DNA of 64,000 nt from a phage. The notes beneath the pieces are model-generated. The model did no database searches and was not told the origin of the DNA. It saw nothing but the letters and a program-made list of their open reading frames with translations. How positions within the stretch are numbered: the first letter of the stretch is position 1; each line of letters starts with the position of its first letter. The stretch lies in the sequence record PZ445488.1; one strand, 5' to 3'. Below are positions 36,456 through 46,984 of this stretch, one piece after another. The position numbers and the translations under genes were made by a program.

Positions 36456-37087
36456 TGTTCGCCTCGTAACATGGCACCTAGTGCACCACCAGGGTGGAAC
36501 TTAAGGAAGTCATTAGAGGTAAATCCGCGTTCAGACGAAAGGTTGATAGCGAACGTATCGATAAGCGCTAACAACAATGTAGTGGACATTGTAGGAGCCA
36601 GAGAATTCTCATCAACCTCTACCGCGATACCGGTACAGAATGTATAATCAAAAAGAGCTTCGTATTCTTGTGGAATGTCCGGGTTACAATGCAACAGAAT
36701 CTGTTTGACATTTGGACGAATCATTTTAAGATGCTTAGCCACGCCTATCATTTCTTCAGTCTTACCAGAACGACTAATATGAATCAACACATCATTAGGC
36801 GCAATGAATCCTGCATCACCGTGAGAATAATGCCCAGTGTTCAAGTACATACTCGGGATACCGAGCGAAGCAAATGTCTCAGAAGCTTTAGTTGCAATAT
36901 TAGCATTCTTACCAACACCTGTAATAATTACTCGGCTTTCATAATTACTAAGTCCAGGGCGTCGAAGAGTTTCTAGAATAGCATTATAACGAGCAGGGTT
37001 TTGACTAATTACTTTGGCCATAGCGGCCAAAGAAGAAGCTTGTTTTATGATTGCGTCAATAGCGATAGTAATAGGAGTAGTTTTCAT
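36452..37087 (-). CDS. SIS-domain sugar-phosphate isomerase, KdsD/GutQ-like arabinose-5-phosphate isomerase (no CBS domains)
   Basis: 211 aa; TGVGKNANIATKASETFASLGIPS...HGDAGF...ISRSGKTEE...LAPTMSTT...RGFT.NDF..HPGGALG aligns block-for-block with recalled E. coli KdsD SIS domain. Confidence 0.7.
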   Translation of the reverse strand: MKTTPITIAIDAIIKQASSLAAMAKVISQNPARYNAILETLRRPGLSNYESRVIITGVGKNANIATKASETFASLGIPSMYLNTGHYSHGDAGFIAPNDVLIHISRSGKTEEMIGVAKHLKMIRPNVKQILLHCNPDIPQEYEALFDYTFCTGIAVEVDENSLAPTMSTTLLLALIDTFAINLSSERGFTSNDFLKFHPGGALGAMLRGEQ

Positions 37088-37127
37088 ATTTCTCTCATTT
37101 AATTAGTTTACCGTCCATGACATTATA

Positions 37128-39839
37128 TCAAAAATCGAACATATCGAACAGAGATGCTTTCTTCTCGTAATCGAGTTTCGCTGCTGATGTGAATCCTTCA
37201 AGTGGTTTAATAAATGTCTTCTCAAGGAGAACAGTGTAGTCCATCCAATGAAGTACGTCGTCTTTAATTAAATCTGTGATTTCAGTACCAGAAGGCCATG
37301 CGATACATTTATCACCGAATGGGTTTCCATCACGTAAAGGCAGAACGTATACCTTTTCGCCTTCTACAACTTGTGGAGCATCAATATTACCTTTGATAGC
37401 TCTGTTATATGTCAGAATTCCACGAATATGGAACGGGCATTTAGGACCAGGGAATCCACCAACGTCATATTTAGCAATGTTATTCGCAGAAGATACCGAC
37501 GCGATGCTAATATAATTCAATTGACGGAATTCTTTTTCAAACTCTTTAAAATATTCTTGTAATGATTCTTCACCTTCTTGAAGCATACGACGAATACATT
37601 CTTTAAGAGCTTTCTGTACTGCTTTAGGGGTCGAAGATTTCTGTGTTTCGAGACCCATGATTTTGAGTTTAGGCTCAGCGTATCTGGTTCCTTCCATATC
37701 CCACACGTTTAATGCATAACGTTTCTTACCAGTCCAGAATCCACCAATACCTTTAGAACCGAGTGGAGGACCAGCAATAGCTTCTCGGTCCATGAACATC
37801 AAATGTTGCTTATTATTCATGTATTCACACATTTCACGGAAACCTCTATCAATAGCCGGTTCCATACGTTCACGAGCAAACTTATCTAAGAAGTCTACCC
37901 AATGGTTGGTATCACGGAATTTAGATTCACCAACCTTATCGATAATTTTATCAGCAGATACGTAAATAGAGTCTGTATCACCATAAAGAACGAAAGCTTC
38001 ACCTTCTGTACCACAAACTTCATTCAGATATTCATTAACTTTACGTTCAATCCACTGTAAAGCCATTTGCCCGAATGTTGTGATTGCAGTAGCATTACGC
38101 AAATCATAATAACGGAACCAAACGTTACCAAGTGCACCATAAAGCGAGTTGATGAGCAATTTACGGTTAATTTGTGCAGTCATACCTGCAACTTCAGTAC
38201 GTTGAGCTCTAAACAACATTTCATTAAGAGATTTAGCAGACAACTTTTTAATCTTTTCTTTAATCTCGTCAGTGAAGTCGAAACGATAATCAACATCTAA
38301 TGGTTCGTCAACAGAAAGATTAGGATTATGTAACGCCTCTTTAATTATTTCACCATTACGTTGAGCCGCAAGCATATAACCTTTATGTTCTTTACGTTGA
38401 TTAAAGACCTTAGTGATTTCAGTTGGAACTACACCATCACGGTCTTTATAATACATCATGCCGTTAGGAGAGCAACTGTACACATCTGAAGGACGTTCAG
38501 CGATTGCGTTAATATAATCATGCAATGGAGCTACTTTAAACGTTCCTGCTATTGTTTCTGGGCTAATATTCACTTGGCGAATAATACTTGGATACAGAGA
38601 TGTAAGGTCGAAACTCATTACATATTTGTATCGATTTGGAATAGGTTCCTTAACAAAAGCGCCAGGATAAGGTTGAACCGGGTGAGAACGACCTTGTGGA
38701 ATCACCTTGTTCTGCTCTTTAAGGCTATTAAAAATAATAGCATCCCATGTTTTAATTGGGCTGAACACAGATTGAATCTGTATCTTAGCATAATAACCCA
38801 TGTCCAAACTCAAGTTGATGAACTGGCGCTTAGCATCAATTTGCAATACACGATACACGTCGATAATGTTATAAGAAATATATCGTTGGTGATTGCTTTC
38901 ACGAAGCTTAGAAATAGGGCCGTCATATTTCAGTTTACCGACATTCAATTCAAATTCTGAAATGTAATCCAGAGAATACGACGGTTGGTTTGTGAAAGAG
39001 AATTTTTTGTAAAGGTCAATGTAATCAAGAACAGAAATACCGAACAATGTAATGATTTCACGAGAACCATACATGTTTTCGATAACTTTAACACGAGTTT
39101 TACGATGTGGTGATAAACGTTTCGCAGTAGATTCGCCAAAAATATTCTTGATTCGGTTATACACATATGGAATATCAAATGACTCAACGTTCCATCCGGT
39201 TAAAATGACAGGAGTTTTCTGTTGCCAGAAGTTGAGATATTCCATCAACAATTCTTTTTCGTTATCGAACGGCATATAAATGATTTTATCGATAATTTCG
39301 GATGGAACTTCATCACCACCTTGTTCTTGAAGCTTAGCCGCAATTTCGATAGACCATTCTTCTACATTACCATATGGAGAATTCAAAAGGTCGAATACGT
39401 AGAACCTGTCGTCAATTGAGTCATAATGGGTGATAGCATCAATCGGATGTTTTGCTTGTGACGGCTCAGGGAACCCATCCGGAGATGTTACTTCGATATC
39501 GAAGTTAGCCACACGAATTTTTGTATGGTCGTATTTGATTTCATAGTTATAAGTGTCAGACAAATACGACAATTTGAAATCGTCCATACCTAATGCTTCA
39601 AGACCGATATCTTCCATGCGTTTAATCCATTGGGAGGCATCACGCATATTAGCGAACAACTTACGAGTACACGGCTTACCGTAGATATCGAAATATTTCG
39701 TAGCCTGACTTTCTGGACAATGAGCAAACAATGATGGTTTATATTCTACTTCACGAGTACGTTCACGGCCATTAGAATCGATGTAACGTTCAAAAATTGA
39801 ATCACCAATCTGTTCAACCGTTAAGTAAAATTCTTTCAT
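37128..39839 (-). CDS. 43: DNA polymerase (family B) with 3'-5' exonuclease
   Basis: 903 aa (T4 gp43 898 aa); YGDTDS polymerase motif C and SLYPS motif A; uninterrupted. Confidence 0.9.
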   Translation of the reverse strand: MKEFYLTVEQIGDSIFERYIDSNGRERTREVEYKPSLFAHCPESQATKYFDIYGKPCTRKLFANMRDASQWIKRMEDIGLEALGMDDFKLSYLSDTYNYEIKYDHTKIRVANFDIEVTSPDGFPEPSQAKHPIDAITHYDSIDDRFYVFDLLNSPYGNVEEWSIEIAAKLQEQGGDEVPSEIIDKIIYMPFDNEKELLMEYLNFWQQKTPVILTGWNVESFDIPYVYNRIKNIFGESTAKRLSPHRKTRVKVIENMYGSREIITLFGISVLDYIDLYKKFSFTNQPSYSLDYISEFELNVGKLKYDGPISKLRESNHQRYISYNIIDVYRVLQIDAKRQFINLSLDMGYYAKIQIQSVFSPIKTWDAIIFNSLKEQNKVIPQGRSHPVQPYPGAFVKEPIPNRYKYVMSFDLTSLYPSIIRQVNISPETIAGTFKVAPLHDYINAIAERPSDVYSCSPNGMMYYKDRDGVVPTEITKVFNQRKEHKGYMLAAQRNGEIIKEALHNPNLSVDEPLDVDYRFDFTDEIKEKIKKLSAKSLNEMLFRAQRTEVAGMTAQINRKLLINSLYGALGNVWFRYYDLRNATAITTFGQMALQWIERKVNEYLNEVCGTEGEAFVLYGDTDSIYVSADKIIDKVGESKFRDTNHWVDFLDKFARERMEPAIDRGFREMCEYMNNKQHLMFMDREAIAGPPLGSKGIGGFWTGKKRYALNVWDMEGTRYAEPKLKIMGLETQKSSTPKAVQKALKECIRRMLQEGEESLQEYFKEFEKEFRQLNYISIASVSSANNIAKYDVGGFPGPKCPFHIRGILTYNRAIKGNIDAPQVVEGEKVYVLPLRDGNPFGDKCIAWPSGTEITDLIKDDVLHWMDYTVLLEKTFIKPLEGFTSAAKLDYEKKASLFDMFDF

Positions 39840-39886
39840 TATTTTTCCTTTAGACGAGTTATTGTCTTTTGTTTGTTGATGAACTT

Positions 39887-39915
39887 ATTATACTCCAAAT
39901 GGGACCGAAGTCCCA
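39887..39915 (-). promoter_or_regulatory. regA-43 intergenic stem-loop with adjacent -10-like box
   Basis: tgggac-cgaa-gtccca hairpin 5 nt after the regA stop; minus-strand TATAAT immediately downstream, about 50 nt before the gene 43 ATG. Confidence 0.4.
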
Positions 39916-39920
39916 TTGCT

Positions 39921-40298
39921 TTAATTACCAATTGTATATTTTGCTTTCAAAGTCCAGTCATCTTTCTGTTTAAAAGAGATAACACGGAAGTTATTAGTCA
40001 GGCCAAACAGATCTTCACGAGCAGAGTCTTCAATAACAATCAAGCCCCAGTCTTCAAGCAACTGAGCAATCGAATCACGACGCTGATAGTCTTCACCATC
40101 AATATCAACCTGACGTCCATCCATACGCAACATTTCTTTAAAGTGGACAATATAGTACTTACCTTGCTTTTGGAGGATATGACAAGACTGGTAAAGGACT
40201 TTATCTTTGTTATTAGCGATGCCCATACGGGTTAGAGTCTCTTTGACTTTCAGAAAATCTTCAGGGTTCTTCAATTTAATTTCAATCATTTTTACCAT
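39921..40298 (-). CDS. regA: RegA translational repressor
   Basis: 125 aa; [28 protein letters not shown]...[15 protein letters not shown]...[11 protein letters not shown] matches recalled T4 RegA. Confidence 0.8.
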   Translation of the reverse strand: MVKMIEIKLKNPEDFLKVKETLTRMGIANNKDKVLYQSCHILQKQGKYYIVHFKEMLRMDGRQVDIDGEDYQRRDSIAQLLEDWGLIVIEDSAREDLFGLTNNFRVISFKQKDDWTLKAKYTIGN

Positions 40299-40855
40299 TC
40301 CAATGCTAATTTTTTAAATTGTTTTTGTTCTTTTACGTTTTTAGTAACTTCTTTGAGAAATTCATCAGTGACCATGGCCTTCAGTTCTTTAAGGACTATT
40401 GGCAACTTGTTATTTTTTTCAAGGAGCCGCTTATACTCGGTAGCATCATTCATGTTGATTGTGTAATGTTTCATCAACAGTTTGATAACTAGTAACTCTG
40501 AAGTGTCTTCGACTAGTTTAGCCCATTTAGAGAATCGACGACCACGCGGAATTGCCGCCATCATATAGTTGAAGTGCGCTTCATCACTTAATTCAGAACC
40601 GACTAAGTTCATCATGTAAACGGCTGGCATACATTCTGGAAACTGTGATAATGAGTTCTCAACCATAAATTTTGAGTAGTCGACCTGAGCAATTGACATA
40701 GATTTCTTTTCATTAATAGCATTAATGATTTTAAAGAATTCATTCTCAGGTTTTTCTTTAAACATATCAGCACATTTTTGAATCGCATCAGCGTCATTAG
40801 ACTTCCATGCAATTTGGTGCTCGTTAAGCTGGACGTCATCATCGAATAAGTTCAT
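40292..40855 (-). CDS. 62: clamp loader small subunit
   Basis: 187 aa (T4 gp62 187 aa); between regA and 44. Confidence 0.75.
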   Translation of the reverse strand: MNLFDDDVQLNEHQIAWKSNDADAIQKCADMFKEKPENEFFKIINAINEKKSMSIAQVDYSKFMVENSLSQFPECMPAVYMMNLVGSELSDEAHFNYMMAAIPRGRRFSKWAKLVEDTSELLVIKLLMKHYTINMNDATEYKRLLEKNNKLPIVLKELKAMVTDEFLKEVTKNVKEQKQFKKLALEW

Positions 40856-40856
40856 A

Positions 40857-41819
40857 TTATTTCCAAGTCAGTTCGCAGGTCAGTTGAAGAAGCATATACA
40901 TAACATGTAATTCAATATTACATGCTAGTCCATGAAACTTATTATTTTCGCCTGCAATTTCGTAAAGCGAAATAATACTTTTACCGGGTGCAACTTGGTC
41001 ATAACATTCTGAAACTAATTTATCGATGAACCATGAATAATCTGCAGCATATTTTGGAGCTAATGCACGAAGCTGTTTGATATCTTTGTTCTTCATTGCT
41101 TCGATAACATCAGAGACTGTGCCACGGTCATTAGTTACGATAGACAGAATACCTGCATCAAGAACACCTTTAGACGAGTACTGGTCTAATTGGCCAATTG
41201 TGCGACGAAAGTCTGGGAAGTTCTTTTTAACCAGAGCTGCAACAACTTTCATATCAGCGATTTCGATATTTTCGTTCTTACAGATTTCAACCATACGATG
41301 AATCATTTTCTTCATCATCGAGATTTTATCTTCTTCAGTCGGACGACCGAATTCGATAACTCGACAACGACTACGTAATGGTTCAATAATTCCATCAATA
41401 TTGTTAGCAGTGATAATAATAGAGCAGTTACTAGAGAATTCTTCCATAAACGTACGAAGGTGACGTTGTGATTCGGCAAGGCCACTACGGTCAAATTCGT
41501 CAATAACAATAACTTTAGGCTTGCCTTCCATTGAGACTGAACGAGCGAATGCAGTTAACGGACCACGCACAAAATCAATCTTACAATCAGAACCGTTGAC
41601 GAACATCATTTCGGCATTGATATCATTACATAATGCTTTTGCTACGGTTGTTTTACCTGTACCAGGAGAAGGAGAGTGCAAAATAATATGAGGAAGTTTT
41701 CCTTTAGATACTAAAGACTTGAATATTTCATGGTCATACGCAGGCAGAATACATTCGTCAATGGAAGAAGGACGATATTTCTGTTCTAGAATGTGTTCTT
41801 TGGAATTGATAGTAATCAT
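40857..41819 (-). CDS. 44: clamp loader large subunit (AAA+)
   Basis: 320 aa; Walker [11 protein letters not shown], Walker B VIVIDEFD. Confidence 0.85.
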   Translation of the reverse strand: MITINSKEHILEQKYRPSSIDECILPAYDHEIFKSLVSKGKLPHIILHSPSPGTGKTTVAKALCNDINAEMMFVNGSDCKIDFVRGPLTAFARSVSMEGKPKVIVIDEFDRSGLAESQRHLRTFMEEFSSNCSIIITANNIDGIIEPLRSRCRVIEFGRPTEEDKISMMKKMIHRMVEICKNENIEIADMKVVAALVKKNFPDFRRTIGQLDQYSSKGVLDAGILSIVTNDRGTVSDVIEAMKNKDIKQLRALAPKYAADYSWFIDKLVSECYDQVAPGKSIISLYEIAGENNKFHGLACNIELHVMYMLLQLTCELTWK

Positions 41820-41894
41820 GTAATTTTCCTCATTATCATTAAACTGGAGGATTTCTCCTCCATAATCGTACTACATTAAACGTAAAGCTTTGAC

Positions 41895-42581
41895 TTAGAA
41901 GTCGTGAGTAGAATCGGCTTCCATTGCAATAACATAACTTACTTGAGAGCTTTCAAACTTGGCTGCAACTTTATCACCAGCTCCCCACAACATTACTTTA
42001 TAGTTACCTGGCTGGATTTTCATATTAGCCATGTTGATTACGAAGTTAAAGTTGTTAGAACCATCATAATCGGTAAGAGTCAAAGAATACTTAGGACGAG
42101 TCAAGCCAGAATCTTCAACTTTATTGTAACCATTGATAACAATTTTACCATCTTTATTTGTAATAGCAATTGTATCAATCTGAAGACCACGTGAAACTCG
42201 AAGCAATTGTTGAAGGTCTTCGGCTTTAATTTCAGTAATCACAGAAGCCACTGGGAATTGAATTGGCTTATTAGGAAAAACAATGGTGCTCTTGTCGGCA
42301 GCAGGCCAATAAACTGTGGAACGTGTATCTGCAATTTTAATATTGCCATCAGTGTGCATTGAAATTTCAGCATCATCAGACACTAGACTCAAAATGCTTA
42401 AGAAGCTATTCAAATCATAAAGTGCTACGTCAAAATCAATTTCATCAGAGATATTTGCTTCTGCATAAGTGGTGCCATTAACTGCACGAGTCATAATAAA
42501 TTTACCTTGACTCAGCAGAATACCGGAGTTAATAGAGGCAAAGTTTTTCAGAATAGCGATAGTATCTTTAGACAGTTTCAT
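41895..42581 (-). CDS. 45: sliding clamp
   Basis: Track ORF 41895-42596 trimmed to MKLSKDT...; 228 aa; matches recalled T4 gp45 along its length. Confidence 0.85.
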   Translation of the reverse strand: MKLSKDTIAILKNFASINSGILLSQGKFIMTRAVNGTTYAEANISDEIDFDVALYDLNSFLSILSLVSDDAEISMHTDGNIKIADTRSTVYWPAADKSTIVFPNKPIQFPVASVITEIKAEDLQQLLRVSRGLQIDTIAITNKDGKIVINGYNKVEDSGLTRPKYSLTLTDYDGSNNFNFVINMANMKIQPGNYKVMLWGAGDKVAAKFESSQVSYVIAMEADSTHDF

Positions 42582-42623
42582 TTTATTTCCTTTCAAGACA
42601 ATTCAAAGTTTATAACAAATTTA

Positions 42624-43040
42624 TTATGCATCAACCATCTGCTTTTTAATAGCTTCAGGCAGTGATTCAATATATTCTGGAATTTTAGAAGCAACAATTT
42701 CGCCAGCTGCAATTAATTGTTCGTCTGCATCAACACAGTAGAAATCTTCCAGACGCTCAGAACCGTCTTTATCAAGAACGATTTTTCCACCGGCTTCAAT
42801 AGAATCTTTATAGTGCTTACGCATCAGATGAATCCACATATCAGATACATCGTTATCAATAAAACCATAAATCATAAAACGAGTTTCTTGTGGCAAAGAT
42901 TGAAGCTTTTTAGCACTTGCGTCATCACAATGCAGGACCCATGCTTTACGAACACGATTATGGTTATGCGGGTTAGCGTCAGTACGGATAGAAGTAACTT
43001 TCAGATCAGCAGCAGTGAAACCTTTAGCAGTAGTAAACAT
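42624..43040 (-). CDS. rpbA: RNA polymerase binding protein RpbA-like
   Basis: 138 aa at the rpbA position between 45 and 46; assignment by synteny. Confidence 0.45.
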   Translation of the reverse strand: MFTTAKGFTAADLKVTSIRTDANPHNHNRVRKAWVLHCDDASAKKLQSLPQETRFMIYGFIDNDVSDMWIHLMRKHYKDSIEAGGKIVLDKDGSERLEDFYCVDADEQLIAAGEIVASKIPEYIESLPEAIKKQMVDA

Positions 43041-43052
43041 ATTATTTCTCTC

Positions 43053-43253
43053 TTATTCGTAGAAGTCAGTAACTGTCCATGCGGAATTGCGATTAGACAT
43101 TATTTTATTATACTCATCTTTAAAAGCAGATTTGAGCATTTGTTCAGTAACAATATGTTCTTCACCTGAAAACGTATTGGTCAAAACATATTTTTTAATT
43201 TCAGGGACAACGAGAAGATGTTGTCCGGTTGAATACTCCATGTTGTTCTCCAT
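43053..43253 (-). CDS. hypothetical protein (66 aa)
   Basis: Track ORF between 46 and rpbA. Confidence 0.4.
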   Translation of the reverse strand: MENNMEYSTGQHLLVVPEIKKYVLTNTFSGEEHIVTEQMLKSAFKDEYNKIMSNRNSAWTVTDFYE

Positions 43254-43295
43254 TTAATTTGATGTGGTCATTATAACCACATCGTGTTAAAGCGT

Positions 43296-44984
43296 TTATG
43301 AAACAGTCATTACCGTAAATCGTCCAACTTTGCTCATCTGAAGATGTTGTCCATAACGTTGAGGGTCATGGTCTCGATGAGAGATAATGAACACATTAGT
43401 ATTTTGTAAACTTCCAAGAATGGTATCTATAGCCTTAACAGCCTCAGAATCGACAGCACCATCAAAAACCTCATCAAGAATCAGAGTGTTGATTTTAACG
43501 CCAGAGACCTTTTCAGCAATATCTCGCCATGTAAACAACAATGCGATATCGATACGTGCCTTTTCACCTTGACTAAATGAAGCATAACTGAACTCTTCAC
43601 GGCCACGTGATTTTATAGATTCATTGAATTCTTCGTCAATAGAAAACACGTAATCAGCTTCCATGATTTTAAGATAGTGGTTAATCTGCTTGTTGAACAG
43701 AGGCACATATTTTTTAATGATAGCACCTTTAATACCAGAATCTTTTAACATATCTGTGATAATACCACGATGGTATTTTTCAAGAACGATATCCGATTTT
43801 GTTTTAATGATTTTATCAAGTTCTTTTTGAAGCAAAGCTATCTCATCGGCGTGGTCGATAAATTCCGCCGAGGCTTGCTCTATTGCAGCTTTAACTTTCT
43901 TAGCTTTATCAATAGTGGCAATCATTGCTTGTTTCTTGGTACGGATATCGGATGCAAGGTCCTGTTTAGTCTTAACATTAGCTCGATATTCGTCCACTAG
44001 GACACTCAGATTATCTCTGTGGCAGGTAAGTTGCTCGAATGAGTGATTACATTCATGAAGCTTATCGGTAATCTTAGAGACAATAGGGTCACCCTGGTGC
44101 AACTGTGATGCGCAAGTAGGACATGTACCGCCATCATGATACATCTTAATAACTTTGTTATATGAGTCAATTTTAGATTTAATCAAGAATGCTTCTTGTC
44201 CGATCTTGTTGAATGCCTCAGTAGGGTCTTCGTCAAGAACGATATTAAGTAGACGCTCGTTAGCTTCTTCAATTTCTGCTTTTAATGAACGAGCTTCTTT
44301 GGCTAGGTCGTCATACATATTCTGTAGACGCGCTACATTATCGCCAGATAATTTCTTTTGACGTTCGATATTCTCGTTATAAATCTTAATTTGTTGGATA
44401 ATACCATCTTTCTTGGCATCGAGAACTTGTCCCTGGGAATTAAGTTCTCGAACTTGAGACTTATTGATTTTATCCATTTCAGCTAGTGTTCCAACTTCTA
44501 ATAAGTCTTCAACAAGCTTTCTGCGAGCAGGGGTGCTAAGAGCCATGAAAGGGGTATACCCTGCCGTCCCAAGCACAACGATCTGTTTAAAAGACGCGTA
44601 TGACATTCTGATGCTACGTTCAAATTCTTCTTGGAAGTCACGACTGCTGGCAGATTCATCAAGACGAACACCGTCAACGGAGATTTCGAAAATATTAGGC
44701 TTTTGGCCTCGTTTAATGAAGTATTTTTTATCATCGAATTCCATCCAAAGCTCAACTAAGAGCTCTTTCTTGTTCGTGCTATTAATGATTTGTCCTTTCT
44801 TAACATCACGAAATGGTTTACCGAAAAGTCCGAAAGTAATGGCTTCTAACATCGTAGATTTACCACCGCCATTTTTACCAGTGATTAATGTCTTTTGGAC
44901 TTTATCTAATTGGATATCAATAGGATTCCCACCTACCGACATGATGTTTTGATAACGAACACGATTTAATTTAAATGATTTCAT
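43296..44984 (-). CDS. 46: recombination endonuclease subunit (SbcC/Rad50-like)
   Basis: 562 aa (T4 gp46 560 aa); Walker A GKNGGGKST, coiled-coil middle, C-terminal LILDEVFD Walker B. Confidence 0.85.
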   Translation of the reverse strand: MKSFKLNRVRYQNIMSVGGNPIDIQLDKVQKTLITGKNGGGKSTMLEAITFGLFGKPFRDVKKGQIINSTNKKELLVELWMEFDDKKYFIKRGQKPNIFEISVDGVRLDESASSRDFQEEFERSIRMSYASFKQIVVLGTAGYTPFMALSTPARRKLVEDLLEVGTLAEMDKINKSQVRELNSQGQVLDAKKDGIIQQIKIYNENIERQKKLSGDNVARLQNMYDDLAKEARSLKAEIEEANERLLNIVLDEDPTEAFNKIGQEAFLIKSKIDSYNKVIKMYHDGGTCPTCASQLHQGDPIVSKITDKLHECNHSFEQLTCHRDNLSVLVDEYRANVKTKQDLASDIRTKKQAMIATIDKAKKVKAAIEQASAEFIDHADEIALLQKELDKIIKTKSDIVLEKYHRGIITDMLKDSGIKGAIIKKYVPLFNKQINHYLKIMEADYVFSIDEEFNESIKSRGREEFSYASFSQGEKARIDIALLFTWRDIAEKVSGVKINTLILDEVFDGAVDSEAVKAIDTILGSLQNTNVFIISHRDHDPQRYGQHLQMSKVGRFTVMTVS

Positions 44985-45235
44985 ATGTATTCTCTTCGAA
45001 TGAAGTCCTCTACATATTTTAACATGTCATCCCTATCAGCAAAATATTCATCTAGTTCTGCATACATAACAACACCTGGGGCGTACTCACAGGTAACATA
45101 CATTGTTCCAAAGAAACGAGGAGTTGATTCCTCGTAATTCTCAGTCCATTCAACTATACCAATATAACCGTCACCAACACTAAATTCATGACGATGGATT
45201 TCATAATCAGTCTTCGTCATTATACGCATCCTCAA
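44981..45235 (-). CDS. hypothetical protein (84 aa)
   Basis: Track ORF between 47 and 46. Confidence 0.4.
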   Translation of the reverse strand: MRMRIMTKTDYEIHRHEFSVGDGYIGIVEWTENYEESTPRFFGTMYVTCEYAPGVVMYAELDEYFADRDDMLKYVEDFIRREYI

Positions 45236-45464
45236 TACACGCTTCAGCCATTTTAAGAATAGAGCCAGGAGTATCGTTGTCCATTATATTAAAGCTAAAT
45301 TCAATAGCCCAGTCGGTACAGACATGAACGGCTTTAACTTCATTGCCTTCAACGCGTAATGGCTCAATCCAATACTTGATAGTGTTCTCGAATCCATCAT
45401 CATCTTTAACGTCTATTTCAACTTCAAGCCCGAGCCCAGCATTGTTAAATTCATCTAAAGTCAT
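45207..45464 (-). CDS. hypothetical protein (85 aa)
   Basis: Track ORF between 47 and 46. Confidence 0.4.
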   Translation of the reverse strand: MTLDEFNNAGLGLEVEIDVKDDDGFENTIKYWIEPLRVEGNEVKAVHVCTDWAIEFSFNIMDNDTPGSILKMAEACIEDAYNDED

Positions 45465-46480
45465 TGTGTTGCCTCAATATAAAGTTCGTTGGAATATTTG
45501 ACCAGCGCTTCTCTGTCTTCGTCTGAGATATCTGGAATCGCGTCAATATATTCTTTAATGATATCTTGAAGTGATTTAATCTCGATTTCCTGGTCGTCAT
45601 CAGATTCAACACTGTTATCAACTTTAGAAACCATACGAAGAGAGTGAACTACTTTTTCAAGTTCAGATTCAAACTTAGTCAACTCTGAATCAATTTCTGA
45701 TACTATAACACGTACGGCTAGATTAGTATAATCAGAATAATTAATTTTGCCTTTAAACGGATAAGTGATTCGTCGATGCCATGTTGTTTCATTAGGAATA
45801 AATTCCATACGTTCAACATCAGTGTCAAATACCCAGAATCCGCGCGGATCGTTCTCATCACCTGCAGTAAGGGTCCATGGTGTCCCAATATATTTGACGT
45901 TAGCAGCTTCAGAGATTGTGTGGAAGTGGCCAGACCAGACTTGTTTATAGGTCTTTAAGAAATCAGGTTCAAGCCCATGAGACTTCATTCCTTTATAGAA
46001 ATAAAAACCGTTCAGTTCCCAGTGACCAACACAATACGCAGCAGAAGAAGTCTTGATGTGCTCTAAGATTTCACCTGTATTTTCTTCACACATCCACGGA
46101 ACGATATCGATCAGACATCCGTCAAAATCTACAGTAGTTGGATGTTCGTAAATAGTAAAGTTTTCAAATTGAGTTAACAATTCAGAAACAGTGTTAGGTG
46201 TTATTGTATTCTTAAACGCCATGTCATGGTTTCCTATCGTGACATGAACGTGAATGCCTGCCTTAGAAATCATATCAACGATTTCACGATTGAATTCCAT
46301 TGTACGATGTGTTATTGCTTTACGGACGTCGAACCAATCACCGTACTGAATCCAAGTTTTAATCCCGTGTTTCTTAGAGTATTCAATTGCTTGACGAATA
46401 CCATCGCGTTGAATATCTTGAACCCATGGGTCGTCTTGTTTGACTCCAATATGGAAGTCGCCTAAGTGCAAAATTTTCAT
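45461..46480 (-). CDS. 47: recombination endonuclease subunit (SbcD/Mre11-like phosphoesterase)
   Basis: 339 aa (T4 gp47 339 aa); N-terminal MKILHLGDFH metallophosphatase motif. Confidence 0.85.
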   Translation of the reverse strand: MKILHLGDFHIGVKQDDPWVQDIQRDGIRQAIEYSKKHGIKTWIQYGDWFDVRKAITHRTMEFNREIVDMISKAGIHVHVTIGNHDMAFKNTITPNTVSELLTQFENFTIYEHPTTVDFDGCLIDIVPWMCEENTGEILEHIKTSSAAYCVGHWELNGFYFYKGMKSHGLEPDFLKTYKQVWSGHFHTISEAANVKYIGTPWTLTAGDENDPRGFWVFDTDVERMEFIPNETTWHRRITYPFKGKINYSDYTNLAVRVIVSEIDSELTKFESELEKVVHSLRMVSKVDNSVESDDDQEIEIKSLQDIIKEYIDAIPDISDEDREALVKYSNELYIEATQ

Positions 46481-46497
46481 ATTATTTCCTCATTAGT

Positions 46498-46530
46498 TAA
46501 TTCATTCTATCATCCGTTTATAAAGCAAAA
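46498..46530 (-). promoter_or_regulatory. putative MotA-dependent middle promoter for 47/46
   Basis: Minus strand TGCTTTA - 12 nt - TAGAAT, 22 nt upstream of the gene 47 ATG with GAGGAAA RBS. Confidence 0.5.
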
Positions 46531-46550
46531 AAGGAACTCCGAAGAGTTCC
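46519..46550 (-). terminator. intrinsic terminator
   Basis: Minus-strand RNA AGGAACUC-UUCG-GAGUUCCU followed by UUUUUUGCUUU. Confidence 0.6.
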
Positions 46551-46762
46551 TATCCACATAGTACACCATACAGAGGCTCATTTGAACTTTTAAATCGAAT
46601 GGGCTTGTATGTAATAGTTCCTTCGGCTTTAGCTTTATCATAAGACTCTTTAAAACGTCTCATTCTTTCTGCTTTGCCTTTACGGATTTTATCGAAATTT
46701 TCAGAAGTCGGGATGTTCGTCATGCATAATCACCTCTCAGAAAATACCTAAATCGATTTCTC

Positions 46763-46984
46763 TCATCGTTTCCACCATTTCTTAACTTGAAATGAATCAA
46801 CCCACACGAGTTGTTTTGGGTCTGCCTTTACAATAGGCGGACAAATTTCTGTAATAGAACCGTCGTGATATTCCTTTTCAGAAATTTTAACACAAAGAGG
46901 ACCTCCCAATTTAAGGGTGAACCCTGCATTCAGCTTCAGACGTTTAAACTTTGTTTGAACTAGCGCCATTAATGATGTCCTCAA
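46763..46984 (-). CDS. hypothetical protein (73 aa)
   Basis: Track ORF in the interval where T4 carries alpha-gt. Confidence 0.4.
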   Translation of the reverse strand: MRTSLMALVQTKFKRLKLNAGFTLKLGGPLCVKISEKEYHDGSITEICPPIVKADPKQLVWVDSFQVKKWWKR

